NCBI RefSeq assembly: GCF_001194135.2
Contig: NC_068981.1
Location: forward strand, 148,563,499-148,601,485
Source: Octopus bimaculoides
Lineage: Eukaryota
DNA: 37,987 bases
Direction: 5' to 3'
Below are positions 21,303-34,085 of this stretch, piece by piece. Position 1 is the first letter of the stretch, and every line of letters starts with the position of its first letter. Under the pieces are notes generated by a model. It did no database searches. It saw only the letters and a program-made list of their open reading frames with translations, and had not been told where the DNA came from. Both the position numbers and the translations under genes were made by a program.

Positions 21303-22639
21303 GTATTTGTAAATAGTAAGGGTTTACCCCCATAAGAATTTAGAAACTTGCACAGGATGTGAAAAAATTCGATATTAACAGCTGAATTCTAAGTGGATAT
21401 ATCTATAAATAATAGTGTGTAAATATCAGTACAGAAAAAGTCAAAGGCTGCTATTGTAATCCAATACACTGTTATTTATAGCTTTATCTACTTCGAGTTC
21501 AACTATTAAAGTCGAACACACACACACATACACACGCACACGCATTTATAAATCAACAATGTGCTATCATGCACGACATGTTACCAGTGAGTTTTGTGCT
21601 CATTAATCAGCCTACATTAAACCCCTGTATCCTACTGTGATATTAGATCCAATCATCACATCTAAGGATAGGCTACAATGCACAGTCCGAGCCACATTAC
21701 ATAATGAGAAACGCAGAGAGCATATTTGGTATTTTCATGCCGTTGTATACACGTGTTTCAATGAGTTAATACAAGCATCTTCAGCACATTGACAAAACAG
21801 AAACACATGTATATAAAAGCATAAAGATATCAAACATATTTTCTGCGTGTTACACGTATGCGCGCGCACACACACATCCATACACACACGCACACACATA
21901 CAGACACACAAGCACACACACACACACACGCCCGCTCGCACGCACGCGCAAACACATTCATTCACATATATATAACACAGACTATTTCCATGTAATCATT
22001 TGAATGTTATACGTTTGTGAAACAACAGTTTCAGATTGATAAAAATACAAGGTCTCCACTGAAAGGAATCAAGCCACTTGTCTTTTGCTTATCAAGTCAA
22101 AGTGTTTCTACTTATTACATCTCATACTGAGGTGTATAAGTCTATCATTCTGAACTGTCACCCTGATACGAAGTATCCTATTTCATTTAGAACACATTAG
22201 CAGTTTAGATACCTATAGGTAAGTACTAATGTTTATCATTGTAACATATCTCGTTTCGATTTGATATGTAAACGATACCTAACGCTCCGCCATATCCATA
22301 GAATATTATCAGATATGATTTTGACATCTAAACAATATTATACGTAAGATATTTTTGTTAATAATTCGAGACTAGCAAAATATAAGAGGCACACTTACTG
22401 GAATTGGATCGCACGTGGTTGTTTTCTGTCAGTGAAGATAGCAGCACATGTTTTCGATGTTCTTATTAGACTTTAAACGATGAGTCTATCATTCGATGTT
22501 TATCTGTCAACCTTGTAGAAGTAAGTTTGATCAAATGCAATCTAGTCTTGGTTAATCATATTTGTTTTTTTTTTTGTTTTTTTTAATACACCTAAGACTA
22601 TATTATCCATTTTATTCTGTCAAAGATGATAATACGCTA

Positions 22640-22730
22640 CTTGTCGAAGATTTGGCTGCTATTTTTAGGATGTCGAGCGACCACGTAGAAGTGCCCTCAT
22701 TGACTCGCTCCGTCCATGATTCACAGTTTG
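22640..22730 (-). mobile_element. Family E repeat fragment
   Basis: gaagatttggctgctatttttaggatgtcgagcgaccacgtagaagtgccc is shared with the 13667 and 34587 copies. Confidence 0.65.
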
Positions 22731-23319
22731 AGCAGAAAGATTGCTTCCTTTCAGTCTACTAGTCAGCATCAATTTTAACTCTTTTCCATCCATAGAATCA
22801 GAGGAGTAAGTATACAGTCTGATTTTAAATTTGGATTTCACTATATTTACAAAAGGAAGCCATGTTTGGTAGAACAGAGGTTACTATTGTTTTAGTTTCT
22901 AAATTAATAACTGTTTTTAACGAGTTAGATATAATCTTCGAGACGGGTGATTTCTAGCTCTAGTTTTTGGTTCGTAATTATGCTGTCTGAGACGTTTGCT
23001 GTGTAGCTCATGGCGGACGCACTTTAGAGACCAATAGGCCGAAAAAAGATGACTGAACTGTGATTTCCGGGTTTTTGGAAGTTAACGATCTGTTTGGCTT
23101 GCAAATGTTGACATACTATTAACAATATATACAAATGTATATTTTGAACTGAACATGTATATTAATTAATTAGTTGACATTTATTAGAAATACATTCACT
23201 CACACACATTTGTGCATATTATGAATATGCTTTTAAATATATTGTTAAAAATACGAAAACACACACACTCTCATGTTATATATTTGTGCATATTTTAAGA
23301 ATTATTAAATAATATACAT

Positions 23320-23482
23320 AGCCACAGGAGTAGCCGTGGGGTAAGTAGCTTGCTTACCAACCACATGGTTCCGGGTTCAGACCCACTGCGTGGCACCTTG
23401 GGTAAGTGTCTTGTACTATAGCTTCGGGCCGACCAAAACCTTGTGAGTTGATTTGGTAGACGTAAACTGAAAGAAGCCCGTC

Positions 23483-23528
<46 letters not shown>

Positions 23529-23747
23529 NNNNNNNNNNNNNNNNNNNNNNNNNNNNNNNNNNNNNNNNNNNNTGTGTGTGTGTGTGTGTATCATTGTATC
23601 TGTGTTTGTACCCCCAACATCGCTTGACAACCGATGCTGGTGTGTTTACGTCACCGTAACCTAGCGGTTCGCCAAAAGAGACCGATAGAATAAGTACTAG
23701 GTTTATAAAGAATAAGTCCTGGGATCGATTTCCTCGACTAAAGGCGG
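23320..23747 (+). mobile_element. Family B SINE with (TA)n/gap/(TG)n linker, 3' tail truncated
   Basis: caggagtagccgtggggtaagtagc head through ctcgactaaaggcgg. Confidence 0.95.
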
Positions 23748-24268
23748 GCCGCCCACACTTTTTTCTGCAAAATAGGGGTAGCTTATCCTGTTCAGGCTAT
23801 ATTATTAGCATTATCCAGCGTTTGAGAATTTAAAATCACTTCTTTAACTTTCTAAGACATCTCAACTCTTCTAAAAAGCGAACTTCGTTTGTTTGTTTAC
23901 GTTTATCGTAATTTGAATTTAAAAGAATATATGTTAAAAACACGAAAATGTTTCAACATAACCACCTTTCACCAAGGACCTCCTTCCATTACAATCACTC
24001 CATCCTGAAGATAAATCTGGGAGACCTTGAAATATCGACTGACTGAGAAGATTCGTTGTTCCAAGTATAGCACAGAGGACTAACAAGGATAGATTCTAAA
24101 TTCTAAATGGAGCATAGTTGTGTTTTCATTCGCATACACACAAGGCAGACATACATTTACATTCATAGTATATGCACGTGTTGTACGCTTACATAATACT
24201 CATATCCATTACACTGTATGTATAGATATTTATACATATACACACACATGTATGTATTTATTGCGTCT

Positions 24269-24300
<32 letters not shown>

Positions 24301-25179
24301 AAGAGAAAGAGAGAGAGAGAGGCTGAGAATTTAAGCCTTCAGATTTTTCATGTTTTAGAGCATTAGTGTCAAACTCGATTAAATTTGATGAGGATTTTTA
24401 TTTCATATCCTACCACACCTGTATTTTCTGTCCCCTTTTTCTTCTATTCCTTAAACTCAGTACATTCTCACCGAATCAGACTTTGGTATATTCTATCAAC
24501 CCCACCGACTCACAGCAGATTTTTTTTTCTCTTTGCAAAAAACTAACGAAACACGGTCTTTGTTTAACCTCCAGATATTTTCGTCCCAAAAGTGAACGAA
24601 CCTTCGTAAACTTTCTTGTCTACAGATGTTCTTCTAATTTATATAAAAACTCTTCCATTTCAAACCTTCAACAACTCAAAAGAAATCTCTGTCACGCTCA
24701 TATGACCAAACCTTCTTAACTTTCTTTATCAGAATGCTTCTCAAAGACTTATTTCCTCCGCTTCCCATTTCAGGTGCCACTCCTAAAGCTTCGCCTTTTA
24801 ACTTAACCAGGATCGATAAAATAAAGTATCTGTCGAACAATGGGATCAATGGTATTGATTGAATGCACATACACACACATATGCACGCGCACACGCATAT
24901 GCACACACACAAACACACACACATATACCCATACAAGCACACAGACTTGCTTACATGCATGCATATATGCATTCGTGCATACATATGTACATACACATAT
25001 ATATACACACGCACACATACATACATTTAAACATAGATACATACATACAGTGTTTATTGCCTTTTTCCAACGTGGACTGATTTTGCGATTCCAGTTTCCT
25101 CAAGAATGACTTCTATGAGGAGAACTGCTAGCATTGTGTTTAAATCGCAAACTATCATTACAAATATCATTTCCTTTTC

Positions 25180-25810
25180 GGTAGAATGGCATAATTGGTA
25201 GGGCGTCATTAAAAAAAACAAAAAACAAAAAACAAAAACAAATAACGATAGGCGTAGGAGTGGCTGTGTGATAAAGTAGCTTGCTTACCAACCACATGGT
25301 TCCGGGTTCAGTCCCACTGCGTGGCACTTTGGGCAAGTGTTTTCTACTATAGCCTCGGGCCGACCAAAGCCTTGTGAGTGGATTTGGTAGGCGGAAACTG
25401 AAAGAAGCCCGTCGTATATATGTATATCTATATATATTTATGCGCGTGTGTGTATATGTTTGTGTGTCTGTGTTTATCCCCCCAGCATCGCTTGGTGTGT
25501 TTATGTCCCCCGTAACTTAGCGGTTCGGCAAAACCGACCGATAGAATAAGTACTAGGCTTACACAGAATAAGTCCTGGGGTCGATTTGCTCGACTAAAGG
25601 CGGTGCTCCAGCGTGGCCACAGTCAAATGACTGAAACAGGTAAAAGAGTAAAAGAGAAAAACGGTATTTGTTCTGATTTCAAATCTCATTAAAGTAAACT
25701 TTACCGTTCATCCTTTTCGGGGTCAATAAATACAAGCTGCGGTCGATTTAATCGACTGACCCTTTCTCCTACGAAAACATCCCGCTCTTGTGCCCATGTC
25801 AGAAAGAACT
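25180..25810 (+). mobile_element. Old family A-like SINE split by a B insertion (pieces about 25180-25250 and 25657-25810; (ACT)n tail to about 25865)
   Basis: Head-like gtagaatggcataattggtagggcgtc upstream; cggtatttgttctgatttcaaatc...ttcatccttttcggggtcaataaa...gtcgatttaatcgac...cttgtgccc downstream. Confidence 0.65.
25251..25656 (+). mobile_element. Family B SINE, full length, little diverged
   Basis: ggcgtaggagtggctgtgtg head to taaaagagtaaaagag tail; candidate TSD aataacgata/aaaaacggta (8/10). Confidence 0.96.
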
Positions 25811-26829
25811 ACTATTACTACGACTACTACTACTACTACTACTACCACTACAACAGTTACTACTTACTCATTAACAGACAGCATAGAAACGACGGCATGA
25901 AATATTTTATCAAACTACGTTATTGTTTTTACCATCATCCCTGTCTGTTTGGCAGTAACTTCATATCTATCTCATGACCATCGTCTCATTTTATAGCAAA
26001 TAAAGATGATAAGGAAACAATGTCTCGTGCTGTTTGACACTTACCAATGTTGCTATTCGTTAGCGAGGAATTAAGCAATAACAATTGTAGCACTCCACTC
26101 TAAAACACTACGTACCCTTTAACGCGTCTGCATACGTATACGTTCTACGTATATATATATCGTGATATGTATGTGTTACACACACGCGTGCGTGTGTGCA
26201 TGAGTATGCATGCGTGAGTGTGTATATGTTTACACACGCACACACACACACGTGTGCATACACACAAACACACCCACACATTACATGCATGCATAGACAT
26301 ATATATCTAAACACTAACTTTTTGCGTGTCTGCATACGTGTGCGTTGTATACTGATATGTGTATGTCACATATGTGCATGTATGCTCATGTATACACACA
26401 CACACGCACACACACACATGTATATACACACAAATACTTACTGACAGCTACATATATACAGCTACAAATATATAAAAACATCCACACACTCACGTACACA
26501 CACGCGCACATATATTATATGTTCCTATACGTACTTACATGCATACTCACACACACGCCCACGCAAGCACATACTTGATTAGCTGACTAGGTTACAGAGT
26601 AAATTCTGTTTCGAATCTAAATGGATCTTTTCACGGGTTCGCGCAAGATACAATTGCAATAGAAACAGAATTGATTCTGACTACACTCCTCACCAAATAA
26701 AAGAATTATAACAAACTATTCTTTTTAAGAAATAAGTAGTTTATTGTGTATCTATATGCCTTATTCTTGCGAACAAACGGAAAGGATAATTATCCACATA
26801 CACATAGGTGTACCTTGCGCGCGCGCGCA

Positions 26830-26905
<76 letters not shown>

Positions 26906-27353
26906 NNNNNNNNNNNNNNNNNNNNNNNNNNNNNNNNNNNNNNNNNNNNNNNNNNNNNNNNNNNNNNNNNNNNNNNNNNNNNNNNNNNNNNNNNNNNNNN
27001 NNNNNNNNNNNNNNNNNNNNNNNNNNNNNNNNNNNNNNNNNNNNNNNNNNNNNNNNNNNNNNNNNNNNNNNNNNNNNNNNNNNNNNNNNNNNNNNNNNNN
27101 NNNNNNNNNNNNNNNNNNNNNNNNNNNNNNNNNNNNNNNNNNNNNNNNNNNNNNNNNNNNNNNNNNNNNNNNNNNNNNNNNNNNNNNNNNNNNNAAAGGA
27201 TCAAAAGGGATCGTGTATCACAGAAAATGTTTAAGGTGTAAAAAAGGTAACATTAGGTTTATCCATGGAGAGAAAAGCTTACGGAAAAGACCACGGTAAC
27301 CTCACCAGGGAATAGACACATGAGAGCAGACGGTATTCGATGACGGATAGATG

Positions 27354-27396
<43 letters not shown>

Positions 27397-27852
27397 GGAT
27401 AGTAAGGGAGAGTGAGAGAGATTATTGTTAAAGAGCAGATTAAGAAGGAAAAGTATACCATATGGCAGTGACAGTTGTTCAAAGAGTATAAAGTTAGTTC
27501 TAACATTTCGACCATTAACTATAATCTACGCATTGAAGCTATATAACACCTTTCTCCATAACGATGTTTTATGAGTGTATAAGCATAGATAAAAGCGTTC
27601 TTCATTTGAGCACTGATAGCACATTTTAGCAGAGCAGTATTTTCTTGGAGTTGTTCACGGTGACAGATAAATGTAAATGGATCATCGTTGATTTCGAGGA
27701 TGAGTAATTAGTTATTCGATCAACTGAATTACCTGCTAATTAAAACAGCGTCAGCTTAATGTAATGCATAAGCAAATTTTATTGTGACAAGACTTGAACT
27801 TTGAATAAAAAAGCGCAATCCATCTGATATATTTCCGAGCAACTTCTGTCAA

Positions 27853-28203
27853 TTCAGTTTCATTTTCAAAGCTTGTGTCAACTCGTGGCTATTATGGTTT
27901 CAAATATTCGCTCAAGTTCAGCAATTTCTGGGGAGCGGAAAGTCGATTACATCGGCCCCACACGTTTTATCGACTTCGAAAGGATGAAAGAATAGTCGAT
28001 CTAGGTGGAATTTGAACTCAGAACATCAAGACGGGCAAAATGATCTCTAAGCATCTTGTCCGGCGTGCTAACGATCCCACCAGCTCGCTGCCTTACTCGA
28101 GGCTATAGTAAAAGACCCTTATCCAAGATGAAACGCAGTAGGATCGAACCTGGAACTGTATAATTTCAAAGAGGACTTCTTAAGCATTCAACATTGCTGC
28201 ATC
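27853..28203 (-). mobile_element. Old family B SINE 5' half split by an A insertion
   Basis: ttcagttt...caaagcttgtgtcaactcgtggctat on the left; actcgaggctatagtaaaagaccc...acgcagtaggatcgaacc on the right. Confidence 0.75.
27893..28094 (-). mobile_element. Family A SINE nested in B, 12-bp TSD
   Basis: TSD actcgtggctat (27881-27892) / actcgaggctat (28095-28106), 11/12. Confidence 0.9.
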
Positions 28204-28223
28204 CACAATGCTGCAGCCACATC

Positions 28224-28256
<33 letters not shown>

Positions 28257-28671
28257 CTAATCACACCTATGTTGTTGTGTAACCTCAAGGTCATTTCCTA
28301 TCGAACATACTGATAGTACACCAGGTACAACACGCAGATCTGTTAAGGATCTTTTAACACAACTTTTTAACAAATAACAAGTCTGGATAAAATAAACCTC
28401 CTTGCACCATAATACTTTTTGATTTTTAAATAAAGAACGATTTCCCTAAAATTTTGATGGACAAAAATAAGCTTCATATGTAAAAGCGGTGCGTTGCGTT
28501 ACTCCATTTCCCTCTTACGTTACCTACATCCGTCCGTTTGGCGGCTGTAAGGCCTTTTTTCTGTTTCGTATGCATAATTATTCTTTTTATGCTGTATTTG
28601 CATAATTATTTTTTGGTCGTATACGTTCGTTAGTTATTCCTAGTAAATTTCTACTCTGGAGCGGCCAGGAC

Positions 28672-28740
28672 GGAATGTACCAATGTTAAAAGCGCGAAAC
28701 CACTATGATCTCTTGGACATTGACTGATGAGGAATCAGCG
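28672..28740 (+). ncRNA. Second, more decayed permuted hammerhead-like motif in a PLE-like context
   Basis: GUA at 28677-79; stem I CAAUGU (28681-86)/ACAUUG (28717-22); CGAAAC at 28695-28700; intact CUGAUGA at 28724-30; T-rich tail sharing cgtttctcat with the 18.4 kb element. Stems II and III are weak. Confidence 0.45.
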
Positions 28741-29742
28741 GCGAATTTTCCGTGTGCTATGGTTTTGTCTAATTTTCCGTTTCTCATGCTTTTGTCAAAT
28801 TTTTCCGTTTGTTGTGTTCTTGTTATTCAATCCTTGATATATATATATATATATNNNNNNNNNNNNNNNNNNNNNNNNNNNNNNNNNNNNNNNNNNNNNN
28901 NNNNNNNNNNNNNNNNNNNNNNNNNNNNNNNNNNNNNNNNNNNNNNNNNNNNNNNNNNNNNNNNNNNNNNNNNNNNNNNNNNNNNNNNNNNNNNNNNNNN
29001 NNNNNNNNNNNNNNNNNNNNNNNNNNNNNNNNNNNNNNNNNNNNNNNNNNNNNNNNNNNNNNNNNNNNNNNNNNNNNNNNNNNNNNNNNNNNNNNNNNNN
29101 NNNNNNNNNNNNNNNNNNNNNNNNNNNNNNNNNNNNNNNNNNNNNNNNNNNNNNNNNNNNNNNNNNNNNNNNNNNNNNNNNNNNNNNNNNNNNNNNNNNN
29201 NNNNNNNNNNNNNNNNNNNNNNNNNNNNNNNNNNNNNNNNNNNNNNNNNNNNNNNNNNNNNNNNNNNNNNNNNNNNNNNNNNNNNNNNNNNNNNNNNNNN
29301 NNNNNNNNNNNNNNNNNNNNNNNNNNNNNNNNNNNNNNNNNNNNNNNNNNNNNNNNNNNNNNNNNNNNNNNNNNNNNNNNNNNNNNNNNNNNNNNNNNNN
29401 NNNNNNNNNNNNNNNNNNNNNNNNNNNNNNNNNNNNNNNNNNNNNNNNNNNNNNNNNNNNNNNNNNNNNNNNNNNNNNNNNNNNNNNNNNNNNNNNNNNN
29501 NNNNNNNNNNNNNNNNNNNNNNNNNNNNNNNNNNNNNNNNNNNNNNNNNNNNNNNNNNNNNNNNNNNNNNNNNNNNNNNNNNNNNNNNNNNNNNNNNNNN
29601 NNNNNNNNNNNNNNNNNNNNNNNNNNNNNNNNNNNNNNNNNNNNNNNNNNNNNNNNNNNNNNNNNNNNNNNNNNNNNNNNNNNNNNNNNNNNNNNNNNNN
29701 NNNNNNNNNNNNNNNNNNNNNNNNNNNNNNNNNNNNNNNNNN

Positions 29743-29786
<44 letters not shown>

Positions 29787-30643
29787 GTAGCTGAATGAGT
29801 ACTTCTAATTGAACAGCGGCTGGGGAAGTGAATAGTCACCGAAGCATTTTGATATCGTACGTGGTAATTTGTGGAGAATACTCCATATTTTCTTAGTGTT
29901 ATATTTCAGGTGTCATTCATGCTGTGTTTTCAGTTCACGTAGGCATGAAGTCGTGATATATATGCCTTAGTTTCTGTAAGTGTACACGTACACTTCGGTG
30001 TCTACCTCGCAAAACTAAAAGGAAAAACATACTACAAAATAAATACGAACTACAAATTCATAAGTATAATTAAAAATTAGTGAATATAGATAAATGAATT
30101 AAACCAACAAAAACGCAAATGTAAAGAAGACAGATATTTTGCATATAACTTTGAAAAATGGATAAGTTTGGCATATAACTAATTATATTAGCATGTACGT
30201 AATTAATGTCAGTATATTTATGCATTTCCAACTGGTAGTATGTAGATAAACTTAAATAAACAACGAAGTGTGCATGTATATTAATTAGATATACGTGTTC
30301 AGATACAAGTGTTATAAGTAGAAATATTGTTACAACCTTTATCATATCAGTCCTTTTAGTTTCGTTCTTTTCATGAACAGTACTGTATATGACTAAACCA
30401 TCTTATGTCTTTTCTTTCAAGATGGTAACGAAATTTGGCTAATGTTTCTTGCAAGTCGAGCGATTAAGCACAGACTCCAAATTAATGTGCAATAACCATT
30501 GACGTGAATAGTTCGCATTATACCTTAAACGGCGGACATAGATTGATGTTTCATTACGGATCAGCGGACAACCCATTGATGTTTGCAAAATTTTACATGG
30601 ATACGGTCATCATCAAGAGAAAGTTAATATTTTACGTCACTAA

Positions 30644-30872
30644 GGCAGCGAACTAGTAGCAAGCCATTAGCAAGCCGTTAGCAAGCCGGGCAAAATGTTA
30701 AGAGGCATTTCATCCATCTTCATGTTCTGACTTCATATTCTGCCCAGACCGACTTTGCTTTTTATCTTTTCGGAGTCAATAAAATAAGTACCAGTTGAGT
30801 AATGGGGTCGACGTAATCGACTTAGCCCTACCCCCAAATTGCTGGCCTTGTGCCAAAATTTGAAACGAATAT
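30644..30872 (+). mobile_element. Family A SINE with an internal tandem triplication of tagcaagcc
   Basis: ggcagcgaactag head, tagcaagcca-ttagcaagccg-ttagcaagccggg, central domain, gctggccttgtgccaaaatttgaaac tail. Confidence 0.9.
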
Positions 30873-31618
30873 CTTTTACTGTGTGAGGGACTAAAAATTA
30901 TAGTTTTTGTACTTATTTAAAGGGAAAATCAGTATGAAAATTAATCTTCAGAAAAAGAGATATCTTGTTTTTTGCCCGTTTGGTTCACAGATTCATGCAA
31001 TAACTTTACCGCCGTTTAAGAGTAACATAACAAAAGTTTGAAGTTACGTATAAAAATAAATGCGTTTAATTAAATGCAATGAGAAAGAATGAGAAAATTT
31101 AGTTAGATGAGCTTTAAAGTAAACCGAATTAATAATTTGTAATGAAACAAAGAGCAAAGAAAATTCGATACAAAAGTATAGAATAATTCAACGTTGAGTA
31201 ATTATTACTGTTTATTGAAGATGTTCCAAAGAAGATTAGTGTCAAAAAAGCACACGTATATTTTGTGTATTTTATGTATCTATATATATATTAAACTGAG
31301 AATATGTGTGTGTGTGTGTGTCTGTATGTGTGCATCACTAAAACTCGAGAACTACCCATTCAAATTTTCATTCAAATTTTACATATGCTTTACTTAGGGT
31401 TCGTGCAGTGTCATGGGCCCAAAACACTTTCAACTTCTTGCCTAATGCGAGCCCGGAGCAATCTCTTATCTCATACACTGTTTCCGTATTACAGGCCAAA
31501 TGTGAAACAATAATATCTCTAAAACTTTCACTATTATATGGTTTCAATTTCAATTACTCTCATTATCTATAATGTATCTATATATATATTAGTTTTATTT
31601 CTATTACTTTCATGTTTG

Positions 31619-31651
<33 letters not shown>

Positions 31652-31740
31652 GTATGTATGTATGTATGTATGTTTGTATATATAAATATATATATTCATA
31701 TATATACATATGTATATATTTATATCTTTGTATATAAATG

Positions 31741-31772
<32 letters not shown>

Positions 31773-31773
31773 C

Positions 31774-31817
<44 letters not shown>

Positions 31818-32764
31818 NNNNNNNNNNNNNNNNNNNNNNNNNNNNNNNNNNNNNNNNNNNNNNNNNNNNNNNNNNNNNNNNNNNNNNNNNNNNNNNNNNN
31901 NNNNNNNNNNNNNNNNNNNNNNNNNNNNNNNNNNNNNNNNNNNNNNNNNNNNNNNNNNNNNNNNNNNNNNNNNNNNNNNNNNNNNNNNNNNNNNNNNNNN
32001 NNNNNNNNNNNNNNNNNNNNNNNNNNNNNNNNNNNNNNNNNNNNNNNNNNNNNNNNNNNNNNNNNNNNNNNNNNNNNNNNNNNNNNNNNNNNNNNNNNNN
32101 NNNNNNNNNNNNNNNNNNNNNNNNNNNNNNNNNNNNNNNNNNNNNNNNNAGAGGTGAGGACCGAAATCCTTACTCGTAATTTACTGTATATATATATACA
32201 TATATATTCGCATAAATGTGCGTTCGTCAGGAGAGTTACACAGTGATGATGAGGTCCAGTATCTAAAGTAATGGTGAGGGTTGTTCATATTTAGATGAGG
32301 CTTCTAACATCATGTTGTTCATGCTTGTAGGTAGTAAAGTGAGATATTCTTTTCTTGAAATGTGCAGTGATAAATTCTAATACATCTTCAAGCACTCATA
32401 TGCATACTTTCTTGTCGCTTATTCGATTATTCATCTTTTAGTCTAACATGATTGGGAAACGAGCTTCTTACTACACAGCTACGCCTGCGGTTATAGTCAT
32501 ATTTTCTCAGTACCTCCAATTCTATATACATATATACTTCATCTATGTCTCATTTCTTCGCTTACCCCACCTCTCACCTGTTTATTTCTTCCGTATTATA
32601 AGCACCTGTTCTCTCCGTTTCCTTCATTTGTCTCCTGAAATACGTGCACATCTTTGACTTTTCCTAGTCTTCTCCACCTGTTGTTCCAAATTCTGGTAGA
32701 ACACATTGCTAGATGAGATAGAAATAGCAAGCAAATCTCCTCCAAGGAAAGGAGAGATGCGCAG

Positions 32765-32870
32765 TTGATTGACCTTGGTGAGATTTAAACTCAGAATGCA
32801 GAGGGCCGTAACTAAATACCGCATGGCATTCTGTCCGGTTCTCTTCTGGCTCTTCCAGTCTACCACCTGT
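32765..32870 (-). mobile_element. Family A-like SINE head, degenerate (adjacent to an E fragment at 32719-32740)
   Basis: Reverse complement accggacagaatgccatgcggtatttag...ttctgagtttaaatctcaccaaggtcaa. Confidence 0.6.
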
Positions 32871-33330
32871 TAATATGAACATTATTCATATTCGATACGA
32901 TGGAAACATTAAGCCATCGGAGTTAATATCCTGTTTCGTCCCATCTGATACTGAATTCAAACCGATCCGGTGCCAACTCTTTCTTATGAAATAAGGGCCA
33001 AAGCTATAACGTGTTAATTCAGTTTACGTTTGTACACTCTAAATACAAAATTAAATTTTCGTTCGGGCAGACTTATCTTTAGTTTAATTTACGCTTGTGA
33101 TAATACCGTCTTTTGGGTCGATATCTGTGGTTGCACTGTTTGATATAACCATTTTTTTTTTTTCAGTCCAGAATATTGTGAATCGAAAGAGATTTTGATT
33201 GCTATTTCTAGCAGTGCTACGATGTAGATGCTTCCCTGTTGGCAAGTCAACGGTGAGACTGATGTGGTTCTTGTAAAGGTTGAACACCTGTAGTACGGTA
33301 TCTTCAGGAAAACTGTTTGTAGACATTCTA

Positions 33331-33476
33331 CTACCTACCAGCTGAAAATGGGCACACGTAACAGCTTTAGCGTTAGCCTTGCATCGGACTGATGTCCTGT
33401 TCCGTGTTGGTGGGTTGTCTTGTCCTCTCAGTTACTTAATTCTTCAGAAACCGGGATAGCCTTCGACTTAATGAGC
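33331..33476 (+). mobile_element. Possible family D SINE 3' remnant
   Basis: cagctgaaaatggg...cggactgatgtcc...gaaaccggga resembles 5295-5343 and the minus strand at 34858-34925. Confidence 0.4.
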
Positions 33477-34085
33477 TAGCTTTTTGACTCGGAATAATCT
33501 TTAACTTTTTGTTAAACTATCTACCACAGTACAAATTTTACGCTAACCGTTTCGTCTGCGCCTCAACCTTTCTGGGAGGTCATTTCTGCATCAAAAAATA
33601 AAATCTGTGATATGGGTTTTGATATCTCGGCTCATAAAAATTATAAGACGAAGGTTTACGATATTTTAGTTATAAACACATACACACACACACCTCCAGG
33701 CGTGCTTATACATTAACAAGCTTCTGTCCTTCTTGGACCCTGAGCACTACGTGGAATCGTAACAACGTCGTTGTAACATACAGCGTGTCATAGACAAATT
33801 AAACTTGGTCATAGCCTCATACAAACACATGTGTGTGTGTGTGTGTGTATTCATTCCCCTCATACACACCTGCACACACGCATTTAGAAAACTTTGTGTT
33901 TAGTTACACTGGTTATTTACACATTCTAGCAAAACTCGAGATACACTGATCGTATATATGCTGTTTGTGTATGTTACATGTGAGTATGTATGTGGTAGTA
34001 ATTAGAATTTAACGCAAGTCTCACATGTAAGCTTTCATGCAGCTTGTCTCTTCCTTATGTAATGCATATTAGCCTCGTTTTAAAG

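Noticed and set aside
22562-22762. Protein-like ORF KDDNTLLVEDLAAIFRMSSDHVEVP...
   Set aside because: Its core is the antisense of the family E repeat motif.
26045-26099. Minus-strand candidate exon with GTAAGT donor and one open frame
   Set aside because: Isolated, with no compatible partner found; it shows such candidates arise by chance and limits confidence in the + strand chain.
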